The notes below the pieces were generated by a model that was given only the letters and a program-made list of their open reading frames with translations, ran no database searches and was not told where the DNA came from. Shown piece after piece: positions 39,238 to 49,755 of a stretch of DNA of 63,630 bases (positions within the stretch are counted from its first letter, which is position 1; every line of letters begins with the position of its first letter). A program made the translations under genes and the position numbers. This DNA is from Candidatus Bathyarchaeia archaeon (GTDB lineage: Archaea; Thermoproteota; Bathyarchaeia; Bathyarchaeales; Bathycorpusculaceae). The DNA lies in NCBI GenBank assembly GCA_049515895.1, contig JBEKTQ010000017.1:1-63630 (forward strand). The letters are read 5' to 3'.

Positions 39238-39408
39238 ATTAACGGTCGTCAGTTTTCGCCTTCCTTATTGTCAATAAAAATACAGCTATTTTCTCTTATA
39301 CTGTTTGCTTGATTGCCCCACAAATATATAGGTCTAGTGTCCTTCGGAGCCTTTCAAGAAAAATAGTCAAAGCTAAAGAAAAGGTCGGGTGCCTTTTTCA
39401 AATCGAGT

Positions 39409-39612
39409 TTATTTCTTGCTAAGCCACCATTTCAGGTATTCTTTTCTGCGGTTCTGTCTTTCTTCTTCCTCTGTTTCTTCTGCTGGCCTGTTCTTGTCTC
39501 GCAAATCATTTAGTTCCTGCTGTGTGACTGATAAACCGCAGCTTTTACAGATATAGTGCTTAGTGCCTATCTCGTAATGCATTTCTCCGCCACATTCAGG
39601 ACAATAGACCAT
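39409..39612 (-). CDS. Small zinc-ribbon protein
   Basis: CPECGG...CKSCG, C-terminal YLKWWL. Confidence 0.75.
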   Translation of the reverse strand: MVYCPECGGEMHYEIGTKHYICKSCGLSVTQQELNDLRDKNRPAEETEEEERQNRRKEYLKWWLSKK

Positions 39613-39826
39613 TTTACCTTTCTCTTCGCGAATTTTATAGGTTAATCGCCGTAGCAGAGATATTAGTCTTCGCCTTGAATTTCCTTTTTCCGCAGGTTTC
39701 TCTTCCTAAAAAAGCATCCATCTATTCTTTTCAAGTAAATGCCTTTTTCAAAAAAATATATCTTAAATTTTCAAAAAGCTTTTTAATAAAGAAACAAATG
39801 CAAGGGGTAATACATCAACTTGAGGA

Positions 39827-40405
39827 ATGAAAATGAGCGACGAACACTTTAAACTGGCTAACCCTGCCCCACTGGGGCTGCTGGGTTTCGGCTTAACCAC
39901 CGTTCTGCTTAATCTTGTAAATGCCGGCGCCTTTCCTTTGGATACAATGATTTTAGCCATGGGCATTGCATACGGGGGAGTCGCACAAATTATCGTCGGC
40001 GCCATGGAATTCCGCAAAGGTAACACTTTCGGCACCGTCGCGTTCACGTCCTACGGCTTGTTCTGGTGGAGTTTTGTCATGCTTCTGATTCTGCCAAAAT
40101 TCATCGGGTTTGCCGCTCCATCCCCAGCTTCATTGTCCGCGTACTTCATAATGTGGGGAATCTTCACCTTCGCAATGTTCTTTGGCACACTGAAAGCTAA
40201 CCGTGCACTGCAACTCGTGTTCATGAGCTTAACTGTTCTGTTCTTTCTGCTGGCTGCTGCTCAATTCGCCGGAAGCGCTACGTTCACAAAGATCACAGGC
40301 GTCGAAGGCGTCATATGTGGTTTTAGCGCCATATACCTTGCGGTTGCAGAAATCCTAAACGAATCGTATAAAAAAACTATGCTGCCGATTTATCCGACAA
40401 GCTAA
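39827..40405 (+). CDS. satP: Acetate uptake transporter (SatP/YaaH/GPR1-FUN34 family)
   Basis: [28 protein letters not shown]. Confidence 0.95.
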   Translation: MKMSDEHFKLANPAPLGLLGFGLTTVLLNLVNAGAFPLDTMILAMGIAYGGVAQIIVGAMEFRKGNTFGTVAFTSYGLFWWSFVMLLILPKFIGFAAPSPASLSAYFIMWGIFTFAMFFGTLKANRALQLVFMSLTVLFFLLAAAQFAGSATFTKITGVEGVICGFSAIYLAVAEILNESYKKTMLPIYPTS

Positions 40406-40503
40406 AATCCGTCCAAGTTTTTCCATTTTTCATTGTGAAAATGAGAAAAGGTTTATATTCTCTAGGGAGGAGCGTTTCGAAACAAACCTGAGGTTGAGTT
40501 GGA

Positions 40504-42462
40504 ATGTCGGAAACTAGTCTGCCTTTTTATGAGAAATATTATCCTAGCAGCGCAAAGATTTCTTCTGGAGAAAAACGAAAACAAGACTGGGAAAAATCAA
40601 TTAAGGATCCCCAAGAATATTGGCGAGAGAAAGCTAAAGCCATCGACTGGTTTAAGCCGTTCAGTAAAGTTCTTGATGATTCTAACCCGCCTTTCTACAA
40701 GTGGTTCCCTGATGGAGAACTGAACATTTCTTACAACACGCTGGATAGGCATGTAAACAGCCATCGAAAGAACAAGCTTGCCTACATTTGGGAAGGTGAA
40801 ATGGGTGAAGTAAAAACTTACACTTACTATCAACTGTACCGCGAAGTAAACAAGCTTGCAAAAACATTCAAAAACCTCGGAGTTGAAAAAGGCGACCGAA
40901 TTGCAGTTTACCTTCCAGTTATTCCGGAGCTGCCGATAACCTTATTGGCAGCCGCTAGGATCGGTGCAATTCACACAGTGGTTTTTTCCGGCTTCAGCGC
41001 AGAAGCCTTGGCTGATAGAGTTAACAACTGCGGTGCAAAAATCTTGGTTACCGTAGATGGATCTTTCAGGAGGGGAAAGGTGGTCGCTATCAAGGACACT
41101 GGAGACAGGGCACTAACAAACATGCCAAGCGTTGAAAAGGTTATAGTTGTTAAACGAACGGGCCAGCCTGTTCAGATGATGGAAGACAGAGACGTTTGGT
41201 ATAGTGAGGCTCTTACAAGTGCAGGCGCGAATGCCTATGTGAAGCCGGAAAGCATGAAATCGACTGATCCATTATTCATCCTTTACACTTCTGGAACTAC
41301 AGGCAAGCCGAAAGGGGTCCAACACGCTATAGGTGGATACCTTGTTTGGGCTTACTGGACGTCCAAGTGGGCTTTCGACCCAACTGACGAAGACATCTTT
41401 TGGTGTGTTGCAGACATCGGCTGGATCACTGGTCACACATACAACGTTTACGCACCCTTAAGTTTGGGGGTTACCGCGTTACTTTTTGAAGGCACACCTG
41501 ATTATCCCGCGCAAGACCGATGGTGGGACATAATTGAAAGACATGGAGTAACCATCCTTTACGCCACGCCAACTGCGATTCGGATGTTCATGAAATTCGG
41601 AGAACAATGGATAACAAAACATGACCTCACCTCCCTGCGGCTATTGGGTTCAGTGGGTGAACCTATAAACCCTGAAGCTTGGAAATGGTACTACCGCGTG
41701 GTAGGCAAAGAAAAACTCCCCATAATTGACACATATTGGCAAACAGAAACCGGTGGCTCCATGATAGCAGCAGCTTCTGGTATAGAACTCACGCCGCTCA
41801 AGCCAGGTTCAGCGACATTCCCAATGCCATCTGTCAACGCTGACATCTACGATGAAAAAGGACAACCCGTCCAAGCAGGCACCAAAGGCTTTCTCGTGAT
41901 CAAATCATCGTGGCCTGGAATGCTGCAGACGCTGTGGAAAGACCCAGAAAGATTCAAACAAACATATTTCGGCAGGTGGCCAGGAATATACTACACCGGC
42001 GACTTTGCAATCCGAGACCCTGAAGGATACTTCTGGCTCCTAGGCAGAGCTGACGAAGTCCTAAAAGTTGCAGGACACCGCATCGGCACCGTAGAACTTG
42101 AAAGCGCATTAGTTTCGCACCCAGCCGTTTCAGAAGCAGCCGTAATGGGAAAAGAGGACGCCGTCAAAGGCGAAGTTCCCGTCGCGTTCGTAACTTTGCG
42201 AAGCGGTTTCACACCATCGGAGGAACTTGTCGCAGAGCTGATTAAGCATATCAGAACCACAATCGGTCCGATAGCAACCCCCGAAGCAATCATCATTGTG
42301 AACAAGCTTCCAAAGACACGCAGCGGCAAAATAATGCGCAGACTGCTCAAAGCTGTATTAGTTGGGGCGCCGCTGGGTGATGTGTCAACGCTTGAAGACG
42401 AAGCCTCAATTGAAGACATAAAAGCAACTTATAGTGAACTGCGAAAGCAGCTTACTAAATAA
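40504..42462 (+). CDS. acs: AMP-forming acetyl-CoA synthetase
   Basis: LYTSGTTGKPKG, VGEPINP, DTYWQTETG, LPKTRSGKIMRR. Confidence 0.97.
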   Translation: MSETSLPFYEKYYPSSAKISSGEKRKQDWEKSIKDPQEYWREKAKAIDWFKPFSKVLDDSNPPFYKWFPDGELNISYNTLDRHVNSHRKNKLAYIWEGEMGEVKTYTYYQLYREVNKLAKTFKNLGVEKGDRIAVYLPVIPELPITLLAAARIGAIHTVVFSGFSAEALADRVNNCGAKILVTVDGSFRRGKVVAIKDTGDRALTNMPSVEKVIVVKRTGQPVQMMEDRDVWYSEALTSAGANAYVKPESMKSTDPLFILYTSGTTGKPKGVQHAIGGYLVWAYWTSKWAFDPTDEDIFWCVADIGWITGHTYNVYAPLSLGVTALLFEGTPDYPAQDRWWDIIERHGVTILYATPTAIRMFMKFGEQWITKHDLTSLRLLGSVGEPINPEAWKWYYRVVGKEKLPIIDTYWQTETGGSMIAAASGIELTPLKPGSATFPMPSVNADIYDEKGQPVQAGTKGFLVIKSSWPGMLQTLWKDPERFKQTYFGRWPGIYYTGDFAIRDPEGYFWLLGRADEVLKVAGHRIGTVELESALVSHPAVSEAAVMGKEDAVKGEVPVAFVTLRSGFTPSEELVAELIKHIRTTIGPIATPEAIIIVNKLPKTRSGKIMRRLLKAVLVGAPLGDVSTLEDEASIEDIKATYSELRKQLTK

Positions 42463-42559
42463 TTTTCCTTCCCTTTTCGTCTCAAAAAAATCCTAAACGT
42501 TTTCTTTGCTTTTACTGAGCACAAATGTAGGGCTAGGCAACGGCAAGTGCTTTTGTCGC

Positions 42560-45343
42560 TTATTGTTTGTCCGGTTCGTCAGCAGGCGTGGGCTTGTCCG
42601 TATCGGTTTCTTCAGAACCCTTAGGTTGCACGTTACATCGGTTATCTAAATCTTCGTTTTTGAGACTCAATGTTCCTCTGACGGTTCCATCACTTAAGTA
42701 TTCAAAGCTGAAACCCATTTTTCTCATTAGGTTTAACGCACGAGAATTATCAGGCAACACAATTGCATAGACATCTTCAAGATTCTTCTCCTTGGCTATG
42801 TCAAGTACATAATCCACAAGTTTCGTGCCTAATCCTAAACCTTGGAATCGGTCACTTACGATGAATGCGATTTCGCCGCTTTTCCCATCCGATTCTATGC
42901 TTACGCGAGCAACCCCGAGAATTCTTCTGTGCAGGCTTTTCACCATCTCGGCGACGATGGCTATTTCCCTGTCATAATCTATGTTGCAGTAACGTACTCG
43001 AACTTCGTGCGGCGTATCCCTAAGTATTTGGAAGAATCGGTTGCGTATGGATTCCTCCGAGAACCCACGGAACATTTCTTCCCACAGCGGTTCGTCTTCA
43101 GGTTTTATGGGTCTCAACAGTACTTCTTGCCCATTTTTGAGAGACCATATCATCTCGTACTTTTTCGGGTACGGGCTGATCACCATGTGCTCATGCGGCT
43201 CAAATTTCTTGCAAACGTCATCTTTGTTGATGGCTATGCGTGCGTCGATGATGCTGGCTTCTTTCTCACTTACGAGCAGCGGGTTAATGCTGATTTCTTT
43301 TATTTGTGGAAAATCCACGAGCAGTTTAGAAAAGAGAAGTAAGGTCTCAATGACTTTCTTGATGTCAACTGGAGGCGTGTTGTGATATCCTTTTAGAAGC
43401 TTGTAAACCTTAGTTTCCTCCATCATGCGGCGTATAAGCGTGATGTTTAACGGGGGAAGCCCGATTGCGTAATCCTTGAAGAGGTCGAAGCCAGCTCCCG
43501 CCATCCCGAACAAGATTACAGGTCCGAAAACAGGGTCGGTTTTTCCCCTTATTATTACTTCATACCCTTTTTCCTCAACCATGTGTTGAACGGTAACGCC
43601 GGTTATCTGCGCGTTAGGATTATATGAAATTGCCCTCTGAATTAAACTCTGGTAGGCTTCCCGAACCTCTCCTGGTGAATTCACGTTCAAGACTACGCCG
43701 CCTGCAGCTCTCTTGTTGACGATTTGAGGCGAAAGAATCTTCAAGACCACCGGGAAACCCAATTCCTGCGCCGACGAAACTGCTTCATCAACGTTGCGTG
43801 CAACAATGCTTTTTAGGATTGGAAAATTATAACATTTGAGTATGCTTTTCGCTTCTTCTTCAGTTAATATTTCTCGATTTTCAAAAGCTGCACTTCTGAT
43901 TATAGCCATAACGGGACGTTTAGGCGGTGATGCATCAACTGGTAACTCTTCAGGAGTTTCATAAAGAAGCTCGAGGTTGCGCTGATAATTATACATGTAC
44001 ATGTATGTTTTGATTGCTTGCTCAGGAGTCGAGTAAGTAGGTATGTTATTGGCGCTAAAGATTTTGTTTGCATGAAGCACCCCCTCAACACCCATGAAAG
44101 ACGTTAGGATGGTTTTGTTCTTAAACGGTCTACTGTTGACTAGGTCGACTATGCATTTTGCTATTTCCAATGGTTCCGACCCCGCTTGCTGGGTAAAAAC
44201 AATCAGTATCCCATCGACCGTGTCATCATCAAGACACGCTTCCACCGCAGCCTTATAATAGTCAGCTTTGGCGTCGCCCACAACATCGATAGGGTTACCT
44301 TTGCTCCAAAAAGGAGGCAACACGCCGTCAAGTACATCCATTGTCTTGTTGCTTAGTTGAGCCAGTTTTCCACCTTGAGCAATCAAAGCGTCAGTAGCCA
44401 TTACCCCAGCGCCTCCAGCATTGGTTATTATAGCGAGCCTGGCGCCTTTCGGCAATGGTTGGGTCCCTAAAACCTGGGCAGCGTTAAACAAGTCATTTAT
44501 TTCTTCAACTCTAACAATGCCAGCGCGTTTAAAGGCAGCATCATAAATGTCGTCGTCGCCTGAAACCGAGCCAGTGTGAGATGCAGTTGCTTTAGCGCTT
44601 TCAGCATATTTGCCAGCTTTAACAACTATTATCGGTTTAGTTCTTGAAAAGTGCCTGGCAGCGCTCATGAATTTTCGCGCGTCCGTTATTCCTTCCACGT
44701 ACATTATTATACTCTTGGTTTTCGGGTCAGAGCCAAAATAATCGATCAAATCTCCGAAGTCGACATCAACCATAGAGCCAACGGAGACAAAGTTGCTTAA
44801 GCCGATGTTTTCATGGATTGCCCAATCGAGAATCGCTGAACCTAACGCACCACTTTGAGAGATGAAAGCAATATTACCTGGCTTAGGCATCTTATCCAAA
44901 AAAGAAGCGTTCAGATTTATCCTTGGGCGGATTACACCGATGCAGTTGGGGCCAATAACTCGGATATCATATTTCTTCGCGACGTCAGCAATCGCTTTTT
45001 CCAAAGCTTTCCCTTCAGGGCCTGTTTCCTTGAAGCCTGCGGAAACGATGATGACCCCTTTCACGTTTGCCTTTCCGCATTGTTCCATAATTTCCTGAAC
45101 GGTCTGGGCCGGTGTGGCAATTATGGCTAAATCCACGGGCTCAGAAATTTTGTCGACAGACTTGTAAGTTTTGACGCCGAAAATCTCGGGTTTACGAATG
45201 TTTACGAAATAATATTTGCCTACGTACCCTAATTGGGCAAAATTTTTTACTATTAAATAGCCGACTGACCCTTCAACGTCGCTTGCGCCTATGATTGCGA
45301 CGCTTTGCGGGTTGAAAATCTTGTCCAGATTTCTAGTGACCAT
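42560..45343 (-). CDS. pat: ACD alpha/beta + GNAT fusion (Pat/Pka-like protein lysine acetyltransferase)
   Basis: IGPNCIG, SQSGALG, ASHTGS, TNAGGAG, NPIDV, ATP-grasp domain, C-terminal QGLGLG acetyl-CoA motif. Confidence 0.88.
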   Translation of the reverse strand: MVTRNLDKIFNPQSVAIIGASDVEGSVGYLIVKNFAQLGYVGKYYFVNIRKPEIFGVKTYKSVDKISEPVDLAIIATPAQTVQEIMEQCGKANVKGVIIVSAGFKETGPEGKALEKAIADVAKKYDIRVIGPNCIGVIRPRINLNASFLDKMPKPGNIAFISQSGALGSAILDWAIHENIGLSNFVSVGSMVDVDFGDLIDYFGSDPKTKSIIMYVEGITDARKFMSAARHFSRTKPIIVVKAGKYAESAKATASHTGSVSGDDDIYDAAFKRAGIVRVEEINDLFNAAQVLGTQPLPKGARLAIITNAGGAGVMATDALIAQGGKLAQLSNKTMDVLDGVLPPFWSKGNPIDVVGDAKADYYKAAVEACLDDDTVDGILIVFTQQAGSEPLEIAKCIVDLVNSRPFKNKTILTSFMGVEGVLHANKIFSANNIPTYSTPEQAIKTYMYMYNYQRNLELLYETPEELPVDASPPKRPVMAIIRSAAFENREILTEEEAKSILKCYNFPILKSIVARNVDEAVSSAQELGFPVVLKILSPQIVNKRAAGGVVLNVNSPGEVREAYQSLIQRAISYNPNAQITGVTVQHMVEEKGYEVIIRGKTDPVFGPVILFGMAGAGFDLFKDYAIGLPPLNITLIRRMMEETKVYKLLKGYHNTPPVDIKKVIETLLLFSKLLVDFPQIKEISINPLLVSEKEASIIDARIAINKDDVCKKFEPHEHMVISPYPKKYEMIWSLKNGQEVLLRPIKPEDEPLWEEMFRGFSEESIRNRFFQILRDTPHEVRVRYCNIDYDREIAIVAEMVKSLHRRILGVARVSIESDGKSGEIAFIVSDRFQGLGLGTKLVDYVLDIAKEKNLEDVYAIVLPDNSRALNLMRKMGFSFEYLSDGTVRGTLSLKNEDLDNRCNVQPKGSEETDTDKPTPADEPDKQ

Positions 45344-45522
45344 TCCTTTTTGAGCCTCGGTATTTTGCGGGAAGTGCGTTATGATAAACTACGCTCTCGT
45401 ATTATTTTATTATTATGAATCTTGCGTTTCGAAAACTGAAAATAACAAGGCTGCTGTGAATGAGATCTTTTTCAGAAAACTAAAGCTGCAATAAGAAGCT
45501 TGCAAAAAAATAAAAGAAAATT

Positions 45523-46503
45523 TTAGATGGGGTAAGCTCCGCAAACTTTACAGAACTGAATCTTTGTTTTAACGTAGCTCTTGCATTTTGGACATTGAAT
45601 GCCGCCGTTGTCTGGGAAGACATCTTTTGGTTTGCCGAACTTCTTTCTGAAGTGCTCGTAGTAGAGTAGTTGCTCTTTGTCTTGGATTTCGACGTCGTCT
45701 GCCGCTTTGATGGCTGCCTTTTTGTCTGCGAATTCTTTGTCGGTGATCATGTCGTTGAAGTACGTTCTGAGAGTTTCTGTTCCTGTTCCCTGCTCAAGAG
45801 GTGCTTTGGGTCTCCAGATAACGTCTTTAGGTATCACGTCCTCGTAGGCCATGCGTAATATCCATTTGCTGAATTTTACGCCGTTGTGCATATTGATCTT
45901 GAATTTGATAGGCAGCTTCATTGCCCAATCCATGAACTCGGGGTCACGGTACGGTGCTTTGATTTGCATTCCAAGAGATTCTGCCATTGGGAACGAGGAG
46001 AAACCCATTTCTGCCCACATTTCCTTCTGCTTTACTGCGAATTCAGCTTCAGATAAGTGGAATTGCCATGGGTACCCGAAGAGTTCGTCAAGCGCGTCTC
46101 CTGTGAATACGGATTTGATTCCTTTTGGTTTGAACAGGGTTAAGCCAATGTAAACTGGCAGGCTGTTTCTGATTTCCATAGGGTCAAATTTTTTGAGTGC
46201 TTCGACGACTTTGGGGTAGTATTTCATAACGTCTTCTTTGCCAAACTGGTAAGTCTCCTGTTTTAGATGTAAGAGCTCTACCATCCGCTTAACGTACTCG
46301 GTGTCTTTGGGGTTTCCATGTTTAAAAGCCAATGTAAGGCAAGGAATGTCAGGTTTGTATTTTACTGCTTCATAAGCGATAATCTGGGTGTCGGTTCCAG
46401 CTGAAAACAAGAAGCCGTCAGCCATGTTGTTCTTGACACATTTGTTTACTAGAGTTCTGACTTTTGGCAAGAGCTTGGTATATTCTGAAGGATCTAGCGT
46501 CAT
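45523..46503 (-). CDS. Asparagine-synthase-like (PP-loop) protein lacking the glutaminase domain, with C-terminal Zn ribbon
   Basis: FSAGTDT, TGDALDELFGY, KWILR, WRPKAP; CPKC...CKVCG. Confidence 0.8.
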   Translation of the reverse strand: MTLDPSEYTKLLPKVRTLVNKCVKNNMADGFLFSAGTDTQIIAYEAVKYKPDIPCLTLAFKHGNPKDTEYVKRMVELLHLKQETYQFGKEDVMKYYPKVVEALKKFDPMEIRNSLPVYIGLTLFKPKGIKSVFTGDALDELFGYPWQFHLSEAEFAVKQKEMWAEMGFSSFPMAESLGMQIKAPYRDPEFMDWAMKLPIKFKINMHNGVKFSKWILRMAYEDVIPKDVIWRPKAPLEQGTGTETLRTYFNDMITDKEFADKKAAIKAADDVEIQDKEQLLYYEHFRKKFGKPKDVFPDNGGIQCPKCKSYVKTKIQFCKVCGAYPI

Positions 46504-46726
46504 TTCTTTCCCTCGCAATACCTTGTTTGTCATTCAACAAGTATTTAAGTTTACCTTCTGCATACAAAAGGCAAGAAATAGTAAACATCTGTGCTAAAAG
46601 TGAGCAAAATACTGAACAGACGGCGTCCAAAGTTGAACAAAAAACCGTGTGTAACAAAGCATCACATTTAAAAGTTAAAAAACTGTCAGTCATAACCACA
46701 ACCACCAAAGCACCAGACGATAAATA

Positions 46727-47479
46727 TTGAAAGTCAGTCTACTTCACATGGAAATACGTGAAACTTTCGAAGAAAACATAAGCGCAGCCGAAGCCTTTAT
46801 TGAAAAAGCCTCAAAGCAAAAACCAGCAATAATCGCACTGCCAGAATACTTTGCTGTCCCCGGCTGCATGGCAGACTTCACCGACGCACAAAAAATCTCT
46901 CGTGAAACCTGCGATGAAACCCTGAATTTCCTTCAAAGAGAATCAAAACAGATCGGCGACATCTACCTGCTTGGGGGCTCAGTTCTCGAAGAGGACGGCG
47001 GAAAATACTACAACACAAGCACCCTGTGGAAGAACGGCTCTCTCTTAGCTAAATACAAAAAAATAAACCCCATACGCGCCGAAATCAACGCTGGCGTTGC
47101 CAGAGGCAACCAACCTGTCGTAGTTAACACGGAAATCGGCCAAATTGGGCTACTGGTTTGCGCTGACTCGTTTGACCCTGACCTTGTGAAGCGCATAGCA
47201 GCCTTGGGCGCGGAAATCGTTTCTCTTCCAGTTGCAGCAATGGGGACTCATCCAGTGGTAAAGGGTCACCCGCTAACAGAAGAGATTGCGCGTACCTATG
47301 GCTTGTTCCTGCTCAAAGTGGGAAACGTGTGTTCAAGCATGAGAGGTGGAAGAAGCGCAATTATCGGTCCATGGGGAATACTTGGAGAAGTAACTGATGC
47401 ACCCAAAGACTCGATATTAACCCGAGACCTCGATATGCAGCGGCTAAAAGAATATCGAAGCAAACTCAGTAAAGTTTAG
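46727..47479 (+). CDS. Nitrilase / carbon-nitrogen hydrolase
   Basis: E-K-C triad: LPEY, YKK, LVCAD; GRSAIIGPWG. Confidence 0.92.
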   Translation: MKVSLLHMEIRETFEENISAAEAFIEKASKQKPAIIALPEYFAVPGCMADFTDAQKISRETCDETLNFLQRESKQIGDIYLLGGSVLEEDGGKYYNTSTLWKNGSLLAKYKKINPIRAEINAGVARGNQPVVVNTEIGQIGLLVCADSFDPDLVKRIAALGAEIVSLPVAAMGTHPVVKGHPLTEEIARTYGLFLLKVGNVCSSMRGGRSAIIGPWGILGEVTDAPKDSILTRDLDMQRLKEYRSKLSKV

Positions 47480-48350
47480 CCCAGCCGTCTACTATTCGGG
47501 TCATTTCCTTGAAATCGTATTTTTCAAGCCAATTCCTAAAGTCGGTATTTTGAACAGCAAACCTGCAAACTTGCCTCGCATTCTCCGAGTCATGCACTAA
47601 CAACAGCACCGCATCTACCTTGTGCCTGGAAACGTAGGCCACCGTCTTCAGGAGCGGTTCAAGTTTTTCGTCAGTTGGCATTTCAGCGCTTAACTCCACC
47701 ACAACAGGTTTTTTCAAAGACGCAGCAAAATCCCTCGCCAACATGATAGCCCAGTAGTTAGTCAAATAATCTCTTGACGAAAGCGGCACATGAAAATAGT
47801 CAACCAAGTCTCCTATCGCGGCAAGGTCCAAGCCATACCGTTCTTTAGCAAGTACCGGGTCAGGGTAAATTTCCACTGCAAAAGTCCCCTTAACCCGTTC
47901 TTTGGCTTCCTGCAAAAACTCGGTCACCGTTTGCGCCCTCCACTGCGTCCAGTTCAAACCGCTTTGCTTCCATAATTCAACGCATCGTGGACAAACGCAG
48001 TATTCTTGGTCGGGAAAATGGTAAAGGTTCAATGTTACGCCCAAAATGGTTTCTTTGCTTAGACTTTCAATGTAGTCTAAAGCTTCTGCTCGGTAAACTG
48101 GGTGGGTTGGGCAGACAAAATCAAAAGCCAAGTTCGCACGCCTGTTCTTACGCAATGCAGGACCAGTGTTTGACATCGCTACTGAGTTTGGGTCTTCTCT
48201 TATTGCTTTAGCGTCACAAAATACAGTAACGTCGTTCTGCATGTCCTTCGCGGCTGGAAAAACTTGTCCGTCCGCCCATTTTGAGTAGTAAACGTGAAGG
48301 TCGTAGCCCTCGACTTTCTCGGGTTTGTACGTTACTAAGCCTATCTGCAT
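47466..48350 (-). CDS. Hypothetical Cys-containing TIM-barrel-like protein (GH-like/DUF4015-like), paralog 1
   Basis: VCPTHP, HFP..YCVCPRC, WTQWRAQTVTEF, YGLD; similar to 49756-50655. Confidence 0.7.
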   Translation of the reverse strand: MQIGLVTYKPEKVEGYDLHVYYSKWADGQVFPAAKDMQNDVTVFCDAKAIREDPNSVAMSNTGPALRKNRRANLAFDFVCPTHPVYRAEALDYIESLSKETILGVTLNLYHFPDQEYCVCPRCVELWKQSGLNWTQWRAQTVTEFLQEAKERVKGTFAVEIYPDPVLAKERYGLDLAAIGDLVDYFHVPLSSRDYLTNYWAIMLARDFAASLKKPVVVELSAEMPTDEKLEPLLKTVAYVSRHKVDAVLLLVHDSENARQVCRFAVQNTDFRNWLEKYDFKEMTRIVDGWAKLY

Positions 48351-48399
48351 ATTTCCCTATTTGATGCGCGCAAACAATATATTCTTGGCGCTAATTTAA

Positions 48400-48621
48400 G
48401 TGGTGATTCGTATGGGCAAGCCGATGAAACCACTTATTCTCATTGATATTGCTAAATGCACATCCTGCGCCGGGCTCATCTGCGTCGGTGTTTGCCCGCA
48501 AGGCGTATTCGAAGAGGGCGAAAACAGGAAACCGCTAGTTGTTGATGTAGTCGAGTGTACACGATGTGGCGTATGCGTAAACCTGTGTCCAGCAAAAGCC
48601 ATTACTATAAGCAAACCCTAA
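48400..48621 (+). CDS. 4Fe-4S dicluster ferredoxin
   Basis: CTSCAGLICVGVCP and CTRCGVCVNLCP. Confidence 0.92.
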   Translation: MVIRMGKPMKPLILIDIAKCTSCAGLICVGVCPQGVFEEGENRKPLVVDVVECTRCGVCVNLCPAKAITISKP

Positions 48622-48646
48622 CAGGTGGTTAAGGCGGCAGGCTTGC

Positions 48647-49690
48647 GTGGAACAGCTTAACCTTGCAGACAGCACTAAACTTGTCATCAAAGAAAACGTA
48701 CTAGCCGTAATTTGTGATAATCCTTTAATGGTTATAAGCTCAGCAATCTATAATGGCGGGAACAGACAAGCTCACGCTGTCCTCAATGTAGGGGTGCCGG
48801 AAGGGTACAATGACCGTTCCTTGCACCTTGACCCGCTGGAACTCATCACTTCTTCCGCGTTAAAGCTTGGGTTAACCAAAGATTACGTCGCCATGATTAC
48901 AGCCGCAAAAATCAAGAATTACGGATTAGTTCAAAGGAAAACGGCTGATTTTTCAGTAAGTGTCGCGGCGACAGCAGGTTGCTCACACGGCGAGTCCTCA
49001 GGCGAAGAAATGAACGTTCAAGAAATCTCCGTTGGTACCATAAACATCATTGTCTTAATCGACGCTAACCCGACGCAAAGCTGCATGGTTGCTTCAGTTA
49101 TCACTGCCACGGAAGCTAAATCAGCGGTGCTTAGAGATTTTGACGTTCGCAGTCTTTACACGGGTGATTCTGCTACGGGGTCAATAACTGACAGCGTTGC
49201 GGTGGCGTCACCCTCGCGGGGCAGAGTTATCGGGTATGGGGGTCCAGCGTCCAAGCTTGGCAAAACAGTCGGGTACTGCACAAGAAAAGCCGTTACTGAA
49301 GCTCTTATCAAGCAGGAGCCAATTTGGGTTTGTCGAACAGTATTAGATAGGCTGAAAGAGAGGCATCTTCCGCTGGAGAAGCTTGCGGATGAAGTATCCA
49401 AAGTCGAAGGCTTAAAAGTCGACGGGAAGGGTTTGGCTAGAATTTTAGAGAACAATCCATTTGCCCTTGCTTATTTGTTGGCGGCATCGAAGATGGATGA
49501 TGATGTAAAAAAGAACCTATTGCCAGCCGAGCTTGGGGACGCGGAGACGTTAAGCAAATGCTTCGCTAATCTTGCTAACACCATAGAGGGCTGCTCTGAG
49601 TTGCCGAGCTATGAGCAGGTTGATTTGCCTCCTTTCCTAAGACAAGCCTTAATCAAAATTGTGAAGAAAACTCTTTCTGCGGCTAACTGA
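48647..49690 (+). CDS. cbiZ: Adenosylcobinamide amidohydrolase with C-terminal extension
   Basis: SSAIYNGG, MITAA, ATAG, GTINIIV, TATEAKS, ATGSITDS, GGPASKLG. Confidence 0.88.
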   Translation: MEQLNLADSTKLVIKENVLAVICDNPLMVISSAIYNGGNRQAHAVLNVGVPEGYNDRSLHLDPLELITSSALKLGLTKDYVAMITAAKIKNYGLVQRKTADFSVSVAATAGCSHGESSGEEMNVQEISVGTINIIVLIDANPTQSCMVASVITATEAKSAVLRDFDVRSLYTGDSATGSITDSVAVASPSRGRVIGYGGPASKLGKTVGYCTRKAVTEALIKQEPIWVCRTVLDRLKERHLPLEKLADEVSKVEGLKVDGKGLARILENNPFALAYLLAASKMDDDVKKNLLPAELGDAETLSKCFANLANTIEGCSELPSYEQVDLPPFLRQALIKIVKKTLSAAN

Positions 49691-49755
49691 AAAAGACTTA
49701 AATAACTTGCAATTTTATTCGGTAGGTAAAACAACATTTACGATGGTGCATCAAA

